Source of the DNA: Burkholderiales bacterium
GTDB lineage: Bacteria > Pseudomonadota > Gammaproteobacteria > Burkholderiales > Burkholderiaceae_F
DNA: 25,056 nt
Direction: 5' to 3'
Assembly: GCA_024641225.1 (NCBI GenBank)
Contig: JAHEDN010000002.1
Location: 1 to 25,056, forward strand
Part shown: piece after piece, positions 1-7,638 of the stretch
How the letters are laid out: each line of letters opens with the position of its first letter
How positions within the stretch are numbered: the stretch's first letter is position 1
Translations under genes and position numbers: made by a program
The notes under the pieces: generated by a model
The model's input: only the letters and a program-made list of their open reading frames with translations
Told to the model about the DNA's origin: nothing
Database searches by the model: none

Positions 1-1
1 C

Positions 2-511
2 TTCTGCTACACGGGAGCGTTCTCGGTGGCGCTGGGCGCCGCTGGCGCCGCCAGCGTGCTGTCGATCGATTCTTCGGTCGAAGCACTTGCACTGGCCAAG
101 GAAAACTGGCGGTTCAACGGGCTGCCCGAGGCGGTTGCCCAATGGCAGGCTGCCAACGTATTCGATGCGCTGCGCTCGCTGCGCGCCGAGGCGCGCTCGT
201 TTGACCTGATCGTTCTCGACCCGCCGAAGTTCGCCGCCAGTCATCGGCATGTCGAGCGCGCCGCGCGCGCCTACAAGGACATCAATCTGAGCGCGTTACG
301 CCTGCTGGCCCGCGGCGGCTACCTGCTGACCTTCTCCTGCTCCGGCGCGATCGGGGTCGAACTGTTCCAGAAGATCGTTGCCGGCGCGGTCATCGACGCC
401 GGCGTCGAGGCCCAACTGCTGCGCCGGCTGGCAGCCGGAGAGGATCACCCGTTGCGGATGACCCACCCCGAGGGCGAATACCTCAAGGGCCTGCTGCTGC
501 AGCGGCTCTGA
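2..511 (+). CDS. rlmI: Class I SAM-dependent rRNA methyltransferase, RlmI (23S m5C1962) family; 5'-truncated by window edge
   Basis: Frame is open from position 2 (FCYTGAFSV, the RlmI-type SAM-binding motif), so the GTG at 26 is not the real start. Also DPPKFA, FSCSG and the C-terminal DHP..PEGEYLKG motif. Confidence 0.8.
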   Translation, partial: FCYTGAFSVALGAAGAASVLSIDSSVEALALAKENWRFNGLPEAVAQWQAANVFDALRSLRAEARSFDLIVLDPPKFAASHRHVERAARAYKDINLSALRLLARGGYLLTFSCSGAIGVELFQKIVAGAVIDAGVEAQLLRRLAAGEDHPLRMTHPEGEYLKGLLLQRL

Positions 512-529
512 GCGCGGCCGCGAATCTTC

Positions 530-535
530 TACAAT
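530..535 (+). promoter_or_regulatory. Putative sigma70 -10 element (TACAAT) for the COG0523-dksA unit
   Basis: TACAAT is the only AT-rich hexamer in the 68-nt GC-rich spacer, 44 nt before the ATG at 580; no clear -35. Confidence 0.5.
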
Positions 536-579
536 CGCGCCCCTTCTGCACCGGCCGCGATGCCGACCCGGTTTCCGCC

Positions 580-1668
580 ATGAACGAACCGAACGTCCCC
601 GTCACCGTACTGACCGGGTTCCTCGGCGCCGGCAAGACGACGCTGCTGAACCGGATCCTGAAGGAGAGCCACGGCCACCGCATCGCGGTGATCGAGAATG
701 AATTCGGCCCTGCAGGAGTGGACAACGATCTGCTGGTCGCCGACACCGAGGAACAGATCGTCGAGATGAACAACGGCTGCATCTGCTGCACGGTGCGCGG
801 CGACCTGGTCCGCATCCTGGCGGAACTGAAGGACAAACGCAGCCGTGGCGAACTCGTCTTCGAGCGAGTGATCATCGAGACGACCGGCATGGCCAATCCG
901 GGTCCGGTGACGCAGACCTTCTTCATGGACGACGACATCGCCTCGTATTACCTGCTCGACGCGGTCGTCACGCTGGTCGACGCCAAGCACGGCCACGCCA
1001 CGCTCGACGCTCAGCCCGAGGCGCAGAACCAGGTCGGTTTCGCCGACCGCATCCTGCTGACCAAGACCGACCTGGTGCCAGCCGATGAAGTGGAGTCGCT
1101 GCACGAACGGCTGCTGCAGATGAATCCGCGCGCACCGATCCGGGCCGTACACATGGGCGAGATCCCGCTGGCCGAGGTGCTCGACCTGCGCGGCTTCAAC
1201 CTGAACGCCATCCTCGAGATCGATCCGCAGTTCCTCGCTGCCGAGCATCCCGATGCGGCGCGCACACCTGGCGCCGATGATCATCACGATCATGACGATG
1301 ATCATGTCCACCACCACGATCACGGTGATCATGAACAGGGCGGTCACCATCGGCATCACCATCACGATGATGCGATCAAGGCCTTCGTGTTTCAGTCGGC
1401 GCGGCCTTTCGACGCCGGCAAGCTTGAGGAATACATGGGGGCGCTAACCCAGGTTTACGGTCAGGACATGCTTCGGTATAAAGGCGTGCTTTTTATGAAC
1501 GGCAGCCCGCGGCGGATGATCCTCCAGGGCGTGCACATGCTGATGGGCGCCGACGTTGGCCGCCCCTGGGGCAAGGACGAGAAGCCCGGCAGCAAGATGG
1601 TGTTCATCGGGCGCAACCTTCCGAAGGACGCGATTCTCAAGGGATTAGAGGCCTGTCTGGCGCGCTGA
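580..1668 (+). CDS. COG0523 (CobW/YjiA/ZigA family) G3E GTPase metallochaperone with His-rich insert
   Basis: Walker A GFLGAGKTT, ENEFG, metal-binding GCICC, Walker B ETTG, CobW_C-type end (LRYKGVL..ILQGVH). His/Asp-rich segment at 1276-1371. Confidence 0.93.
   Translation: MNEPNVPVTVLTGFLGAGKTTLLNRILKESHGHRIAVIENEFGPAGVDNDLLVADTEEQIVEMNNGCICCTVRGDLVRILAELKDKRSRGELVFERVIIETTGMANPGPVTQTFFMDDDIASYYLLDAVVTLVDAKHGHATLDAQPEAQNQVGFADRILLTKTDLVPADEVESLHERLLQMNPRAPIRAVHMGEIPLAEVLDLRGFNLNAILEIDPQFLAAEHPDAARTPGADDHHDHDDDHVHHHDHGDHEQGGHHRHHHHDDAIKAFVFQSARPFDAGKLEEYMGALTQVYGQDMLRYKGVLFMNGSPRRMILQGVHMLMGADVGRPWGKDEKPGSKMVFIGRNLPKDAILKGLEACLAR
1276..1371 (+). repeat. His/Asp-rich low-complexity tract within the COG0523 protein
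   Basis: DDHHDHDDDHVHHHDHGDHEQGGHHRHHHHDD: 15 His in 32 residues, encoded by mixed CAT/CAC/GAT codons. Confidence 0.95.
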
Positions 1669-1706
1669 GTGCGCACCCGGCAGGAGCGGCTACGAGGCAC
1701 AAGAAC

Positions 1707-2474
1707 ATGGTTGCAAAGACAAAGACAGCAAAGCCGGCAAAGAAGGCGGCGACCAAGACAGCGAAGGCGGCTGCGCGGAAGGCGCCGGCCAAGCCGGCAC
1801 GCAAGGGCGGGGTGAAGACCGCGGCAAAGACGGCGAAGAAAGCTGCGCCGAAGCCCGCCCGCGCTCCGGCCAAGGCGCGACCTGTTGCCGCAAAGACTGC
1901 GCCCCGCAAGCCTGCGCCAGCGGCGCCCGCCGCTGCCGGGCCGCGCCCGGCACCAGCGCCGAAAGCCGCGCCTCCGGCCAGCGCCAAGGAGGTTGCCGCG
2001 GCACACGAATACCTGCTCAGCCGATCGGCGCATCGAAGCGAGGAGCCGGTCATGGTCAATGGCCGCCGGCTGCCCTCCGAAGAGCAGCTCCTCAAGATGT
2101 CGGATGCCTCCTACATGAACGACGAGCAGCTGGCGTTCTTCAAGTACCGGCTTCAGCGCATGGAGCAGGAGCTGCTCGCCAACGCCGGCGAGACGACCGA
2201 GCACCTGCGCGAGACGGTGATCGTGCCCGATCCGGCCGACCGCGCCACGATCGAGGAAGAGCACGCCCTGGAGCTGCGCACGCGCGATCGCGAGCGCAAG
2301 CTGCTGAAGAAAGTGCAATCGGCGCTGCAGCGTATCGAAAGCGGTGAGTACGGCTACTGCGAGGAGACCGGTGACCCGATCGGTATCCCGCGACTCCTTG
2401 CCCGGCCGACGGCGACCCTGTCGCTCGAGGCGCAACAGCGCCGGGAGCTCAAGCAGAAGCTGTTCGGCGACTGA
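1707..2474 (+). CDS. dksA: RNA polymerase-binding transcription factor DksA (zinc-finger-less, one Cys) with Lys/Ala/Pro-rich N-terminal extension
   Basis: Coiled-coil tip PDPADRAT (DxxDxA), ELRTRDRERKLLKK, and YGYCEETGDPIGIPRLLARPTATLSLEAQ aligning to the DksA C-terminal domain. GAGG lies 9 nt before ATG 1707; an alternative start exists at 2052. Confidence 0.95.
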   Translation: MVAKTKTAKPAKKAATKTAKAAARKAPAKPARKGGVKTAAKTAKKAAPKPARAPAKARPVAAKTAPRKPAPAAPAAAGPRPAPAPKAAPPASAKEVAAAHEYLLSRSAHRSEEPVMVNGRRLPSEEQLLKMSDASYMNDEQLAFFKYRLQRMEQELLANAGETTEHLRETVIVPDPADRATIEEEHALELRTRDRERKLLKKVQSALQRIESGEYGYCEETGDPIGIPRLLARPTATLSLEAQQRRELKQKLFGD

Positions 2475-2501
2475 CGCCGGGCTGGCTCCTCAAAGGCCCT
2501 G

Positions 2502-2525
2502 CCGCGGCGCGTACGTGCGCCGCGG
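2502..2525. other. Perfect 9-bp GC hairpin downstream of dksA (no U-tract)
   Basis: CCGCGGCGC-gtacgt-GCGCCGCGG is an exact inverted repeat starting 27 nt after the dksA stop. Confidence 0.6.
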
Positions 2526-2634
2526 GGCTGCTCCACTCGGCCGGCGGATCGTAGCGAGGTTCTAGCCCGTTGGCGGTACGGCCCCGGCGGCGCCCTAGTC
2601 CGTAAGTATCGGCGTGCCAGCGAAGCAAAGTTGA

Positions 2635-2640
2635 TATAGT
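2635..2640 (+). promoter_or_regulatory. Putative sigma70 -10 element (TATAGT) upstream of the STAS-domain gene
   Basis: TATAGT sits in an AT-richer patch (AAAGTTGATATAGT); it would give a leader of about 145 nt. Confidence 0.35.
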
Positions 2641-2707
2641 CGTCGAGCACGGTCCCTCTTATCACGTAGACAGGCCGGCCCGACGCCAGCGCGGGCCCTT
2701 TTGCCCC

Positions 2708-2741
2708 AAAAAGGTGGCGGCTTCGCCGTCAGGCGGCCACC
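2708..2741 (-). terminator. Intrinsic-terminator-like hairpin plus T5 on the minus strand
   Basis: Minus strand reads GGTGGC-(17 nt, partly paired)-GCCACC-TTTTT. No annotated minus-strand gene leads into it. Confidence 0.3.
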
Positions 2742-2792
2742 CTGGCCCGGCCTATTGGTACGCGGGAAACCGGAATCTGATCTGGACAGGCT

Positions 2793-4298
2793 GTGGTGTT
2801 TTCCTTTTTCAAGAAGGATCCGAAGGACGCCAGAAAGGGCGCAGGTGGCCGGACCAAGCCGCCCGCGGGCACGAGCCGCGCGTCCGGGGCGACTGATCTG
2901 GCAACGCGCCCGATGCCAAAACCGATCGGACGCCCTCTCGCCGGGCCAACGACCCGATCGCTGGATCGCTTGACTTCGCCGTCGACGGGCTCGCTGCCTC
3001 CGGACACCAACTTGCCGGAGCGTGAACGCGTGCGCCACAACGCTCGGCGAACAGCAGAAAAGATCGACGCGATCGAGGCCGAAATGGCCCGCGACCTGAT
3101 GGGAAACCCGAGCCCGACCACGGTTGCGCCGGCGACGAGACCCAGGATTTCCATCGTGGGCGAGACGACCGTGGCGCCTTTCCCAACGACCCGGCCGCTC
3201 GAGCCCGCCGAGTCCGTCGAGATCAACTCGGAAATGCTCGGCGGGAACATCGACGCGATAGAAATCAACACGTCCGGCGGCAGTTCCGTCATCGATGAGA
3301 CCGCGATCCTCTTTTCGAATGGCCAGGCCGATGCCGCAGAAAACGTGCTCCGCGCCGGCCTGCGCCGCGACGACCTCGGATCCTCGACGCGCATGGCCTG
3401 GCACATGCTGTTCGAACTCGTCAACCAGCGTGGCGACCGGGACGCTTTCGAAAAATTGACCATGAATTACGCGCTGCGCTTCGAGGATTCGCCGCCGGCC
3501 TGGGTCGAATTCGATGACACAGTCGCACCGCGGACAGTCACCGGCATGGCGCCTCAACCCACAACCAAGGGTTGGCCCGGTGTTCGCCTCCCTGAATCCG
3601 TCGACGCGGGCATTGTCAGCCATCTCGAGCAGTTGCGCGGCCTGACGGCGGCGCACGCAGAGGTGCAACTCGACTTATCCGACGCCAAGCGCATCGACAT
3701 CGCCGGAGCCAGTCTGCTGCTGCGCGTGGTCGGCGCGTTCAGGCGTTCCCATCGCGAACTGACACTGGTTGGTGCGGCGCATTTCGCGGGAGTCCTGTCA
3801 CAGATGGTCGAGTCGGGCCGCCGCGACCCTTCGGATGCGCTGTGGATGCTTCTGCTGGAAGTGCTGCGCATGCTCGACAGGCAGGACGATTTCGAAGAGG
3901 CGGCGATCCAGTACTGCATCACGTTCGAGGTCTCGCCGCCATCGTGGGAGCCTCCTCCGGCCAATCTGAAGGTCGCTCCGGCAAGCAGCGCGCCCGCTGC
4001 CGGTGCCGTAGCGCCAGTGGCAACGCCGATGGAACTGCGCGGCACGGTAGACGGTGAAGGCGAGCCGCACTTCAGCCGGCTGGTCGCCGCAGCGAAGAAT
4101 CAGACGGAGGTCGTGATCGACTGCGCCAGGCTTCGCCGACTGACCTTTTCGGCCGGTTCGGCGCTCGTGGGTACGCTGCGCAAGATCAGGCAGGGTGGTT
4201 CAGCCGTCGAACTGCGCAACGTCAGCGCACTGGTGACTGCGCTGCTGCACCTGCTCGGCATTGCGTCGATCGCCTCGGTGCGATCGCGCTACCTCTGA
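2793..4298 (+). CDS. Uncharacterised protein with two STAS-like domains, each preceded by a repeated helical W..SPPxW module
   Basis: 501-aa ORF with GC3-biased codons (GTG start at 2793 or 2796). STAS-like segments VQLDLSDAKRIDIAGASLL and VVIDCARLRRLTFSAGSAL; 35-aa internal repeat at 3399-3503 and 3843-3947. Confidence 0.8.
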   Translation: MVFSFFKKDPKDARKGAGGRTKPPAGTSRASGATDLATRPMPKPIGRPLAGPTTRSLDRLTSPSTGSLPPDTNLPERERVRHNARRTAEKIDAIEAEMARDLMGNPSPTTVAPATRPRISIVGETTVAPFPTTRPLEPAESVEINSEMLGGNIDAIEINTSGGSSVIDETAILFSNGQADAAENVLRAGLRRDDLGSSTRMAWHMLFELVNQRGDRDAFEKLTMNYALRFEDSPPAWVEFDDTVAPRTVTGMAPQPTTKGWPGVRLPESVDAGIVSHLEQLRGLTAAHAEVQLDLSDAKRIDIAGASLLLRVVGAFRRSHRELTLVGAAHFAGVLSQMVESGRRDPSDALWMLLLEVLRMLDRQDDFEEAAIQYCITFEVSPPSWEPPPANLKVAPASSAPAAGAVAPVATPMELRGTVDGEGEPHFSRLVAAAKNQTEVVIDCARLRRLTFSAGSALVGTLRKIRQGGSAVELRNVSALVTALLHLLGIASIASVRSRYL

Positions 4299-4316
4299 AG
4301 CGGGCAGCCGGCCGCG

Positions 4317-4344
4317 GTTGAATCCCGCGCCGGCGCCCCCAGAT
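4317..4344 (+). promoter_or_regulatory. Putative sigma32 (RpoH) promoter of hslVU
   Basis: GTTGAA (4317-4322), 14-nt spacer, CCCCAGAT (4337-4344), versus consensus CTTGAA-N13/14-CCCCATnT. hslVU is a canonical RpoH target. Confidence 0.75.
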
Positions 4345-4351
4345 CACTGCG

Positions 4352-4888
4352 ATGGAACCGTTCCACGGCACAACGATCGTCAGCGCCCGCCGCGGCGCTC
4401 GCGTGGCAATGGGAGGCGATGGCCAGGTCACGCTAGGCAATGTGGTCGTCAAGCAGACCGCGCGCAAGGTTCGACGCCTGTATCACGACCGCATTCTTGC
4501 CGGTTTCGCGGGCGCCACCGCCGATGCGTTCACCCTCTTCGAGCGCTTCGAGGCGAAACTGGAAAAGCACCAGGGCAACCTGCTGCGCTCTGCGGTAGAA
4601 CTGGCCAAGGACTGGGGGACCGACCGGATCCTGCGTCGCCTGGAGGCGATGCTGGCAGTCGCCGACCGCGAGACCTCGCTCATCATCACCGGCAACGGCG
4701 ACGTGCTCGAGCCCGAGCTCGGCTTGATCTCCATCGGCTCCGGTGGCCCCTACGCTCAGGCCGCCGCGCGCGCGCTACTCGACAACACCGAACTGGCGCC
4801 TGTCGACATCGTCAAGAAATCACTCACCATCGCCGGTGACCTGTGCATCTACACCAACCAGTCGCATACCATCGAATCGATCGACTGA
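4352..4888 (+). CDS. hslV: ATP-dependent protease subunit HslV (ClpQ)
   Basis: GTTIVS N-terminal Thr nucleophile, [38 protein letters not shown]. Confidence 0.98.
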   Translation: MEPFHGTTIVSARRGARVAMGGDGQVTLGNVVVKQTARKVRRLYHDRILAGFAGATADAFTLFERFEAKLEKHQGNLLRSAVELAKDWGTDRILRRLEAMLAVADRETSLIITGNGDVLEPELGLISIGSGGPYAQAAARALLDNTELAPVDIVKKSLTIAGDLCIYTNQSHTIESID

Positions 4889-4923
4889 CGGCATGCCGCC
4901 GGCTTTTTCGTGGCTTTTGTCGT

Positions 4924-4958
4924 GCGCGCGCCCGCCCGGCCGCCCGAAGGGCGCGCGC
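4924..4958. other. 10-bp inverted repeat in the hslV-hslU spacer
   Basis: GCGCGCGCCC (4924-4933) / GGGCGCGCGC (4949-4958), 15-nt loop. Confidence 0.65.
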
Positions 4959-4968
4959 CTAACCTGAC

Positions 4969-5017
4969 CGCTTCGCGTGCACGTGCGACCGCGCAGCGGT
5001 CGCGTACACGCGAAGCG
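4969..5017. other. Long two-tier stem-loop ending 8 nt before the hslU start
   Basis: Outer stem CGCTTCGCGTG (4969-4979) / CACGCGAAGCG (5007-5017), 11 bp. Inner stem GCGACCGC (4985-4992) / GCGGTCGC (4996-5003), 8 bp with a 3-nt loop. Confidence 0.75.
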
Positions 5018-5025
5018 AAGCACCC

Positions 5026-6339
5026 ATGATGACCCCCCGTGAAATCGTCCACGAACTGAACAAGAACATCATCGGCCAGGACCGCGCCAAGCGCGCAGTG
5101 GCCATCGCGCTGCGCAATCGCTGGCGCCGGCAGCACGTCGACGAGCCGCTGCGCGGCGAGATCACGCCGAAGAACATCCTGATGATCGGGCCGACCGGCG
5201 TGGGCAAGACCGAAATCGCCCGCCGGCTGGCAAAACTGGCCGATGCGCCGTTCATCAAGGTCGAAGCCACCAAGTTCACCGAAGTCGGTTACGTGGGCCG
5301 CGATGTCGACTCGATCATCCGCGATCTGGTCGATATCGCCGTCAAGCAGACGCGCGAGGCAGAGATGAAGAAGATGCGCGCCCGCGCCGAAGATGCCGCC
5401 GAAGACCGCATCCTCGACGTGCTGGTGCCTCTGCCCCTCGGCGAGACCCGCCGTGACGACGAGGGTGCGGCGCGGCAGAAGTTCCGCAAAAAGTTGCGCG
5501 AAGGCCAGCTCGACGACACCGAGATCGAGATCGACCTTGCGCAACCGGCGCCGACGATGGAGGTGATGGCGCCGCCGGGAATGGAGGAACTGACGCAGCA
5601 GATCCAGTCGATGTTCGCCAACCTCGGCCAGAGCCGGCGCCGCAGCCGCAAGCTGCGCGTGCGCGATGCCTTCAAGCTGCTGGTCGACGAGGAAGCGGCG
5701 AAGCTCGTCAACGAGGAAGAACTGAAGTCACGTGCCCTCAGTAGCGTCGAGCAGAACGGCATCGTCTTCCTCGACGAGATCGACAAGATCGCAGCCCGCT
5801 CCGAGGTCGCCGGCGCCGACGTGTCTCGACAGGGCGTGCAGCGCGACCTGTTGCCGCTGGTCGAAGGCACCGCGGTCAATACGAAGTTCGGCATGATCAA
5901 GACAGACCACATCCTGTTCATCGCCTCGGGCGCCTTTCACTACGCCAAGCCATCGGACCTGATCCCGGAACTGCAGGGACGATTCCCGATCCGGGTCGAA
6001 CTCGACTCGCTTTCGGCGAAGGACTTCGAGCGCATCCTGACCGGGACCGATGCCTGCCTGACGCGGCAGTACGAGGCGCTGCTGGCGACCGACGAGGTAG
6101 CGCTGAGCTTCACGCCGGACGGCATCACCCGGCTGGCGGAGATCGCCTATTCGGTCAACGAAAGGACCGAGAACATCGGCGCCCGCCGCCTGTACACGGC
6201 GATGGAACGGCTGCTGGAGGAGATCTCCTTCGACGCCGGCAGCGGCCAGCGGCGCGAGCTGCGCGTCGACGCCGCCTACGTCGACGAACGCCTGGCCGAC
6301 CTGTCGCGCAACGAGGATCTGGCCCGCTACGTGCTCTGA
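5026..6339 (+). CDS. hslU: ATP-dependent protease ATPase subunit HslU (ClpY)
   Basis: MTPREIV, Walker A GPTGVGKT, pore loop GYVG, Walker [29 protein letters not shown]-terminal DLARYVL. Confidence 0.98.
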   Translation: MMTPREIVHELNKNIIGQDRAKRAVAIALRNRWRRQHVDEPLRGEITPKNILMIGPTGVGKTEIARRLAKLADAPFIKVEATKFTEVGYVGRDVDSIIRDLVDIAVKQTREAEMKKMRARAEDAAEDRILDVLVPLPLGETRRDDEGAARQKFRKKLREGQLDDTEIEIDLAQPAPTMEVMAPPGMEELTQQIQSMFANLGQSRRRSRKLRVRDAFKLLVDEEAAKLVNEEELKSRALSSVEQNGIVFLDEIDKIAARSEVAGADVSRQGVQRDLLPLVEGTAVNTKFGMIKTDHILFIASGAFHYAKPSDLIPELQGRFPIRVELDSLSAKDFERILTGTDACLTRQYEALLATDEVALSFTPDGITRLAEIAYSVNERTENIGARRLYTAMERLLEEISFDAGSGQRRELRVDAAYVDERLADLSRNEDLARYVL

Positions 6340-6364
6340 GCGCAGGCCGGCGGCACGCGCCGCG

Positions 6365-6571
6365 CTAGGCGAACTCGCTGGCGCGGTAGTCGCCGATCTT
6401 TGCCAGGGCTGCGTTGACGCTATCAAGCGAGATCTGTGCCTCGGCCGAAAAGGTCGCGCGCGGCGGCTCGAGCGTAACGGCGACGTCGGCGTCGAGTGTG
6501 CGCAGCGCCTTGGCAACGCGATTGACGCAACCGCCGCAGTGCATGCCGGTAATCTCGAATTCCTGAGCCAT
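6365..6571 (-). CDS. Stand-alone heavy-metal-associated (HMA, CopZ-like) protein
   Basis: ITGMHCGGCV = MxCxxC motif in a 68-aa protein; strong SD GGAGG upstream of the ATG on the minus strand. Confidence 0.85.
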   Translation of the reverse strand: MAQEFEITGMHCGGCVNRVAKALRTLDADVAVTLEPPRATFSAEAQISLDSVNAALAKIGDYRASEFA

Positions 6572-6595
6572 GTCCTGTCCTCCGCACTTCGGCGC

Positions 6596-6601
6596 ATCTT
6601 A
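6596..6601 (-). promoter_or_regulatory. Putative -10 (TAAGAT) for the HMA gene
   Basis: Minus-strand TAAGAT 24 nt upstream of the ATG at 6571. Confidence 0.4.
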
Positions 6602-6652
6602 GTACCTCGCCCGCGACAGCCATTCAGCGGGCGCCGCGCACAGGGCGCTTGC

Positions 6653-6658
6653 TAGACT
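6653..6658 (+). promoter_or_regulatory. Putative -10 (TAGACT) for argB
   Basis: TGC-TAGACT, extended-10-like, 37 nt before the argB ATG. Confidence 0.4.
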
Positions 6659-6695
6659 CGCGCAGCCCACTGGACGCCGACGGACGCCACCTTAA

Positions 6696-7583
<888 letters not shown>

Positions 7584-7638
7584 GCCCCTTGGCTGCCCCA
7601 TCTCCTCGGCGCGCGACCGCGCGTCCTCGTTGCAATTG

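Noticed and set aside
512-579. Zur/Fur box or operator upstream of the COG0523 gene; direct repeat CGGCCGCGA at 515-523 and 552-560
   Set aside because: There is no AT-rich dyad, and a 9-nt nearly all-GC repeat is expected by chance at this composition.
6572-6695. CueR/MerR operator for the HMA gene or ArgR box for argB
   Set aside because: No TTGAC-type -35 with a 19-bp spacer dyad, and no AT-rich ARG-box palindrome.
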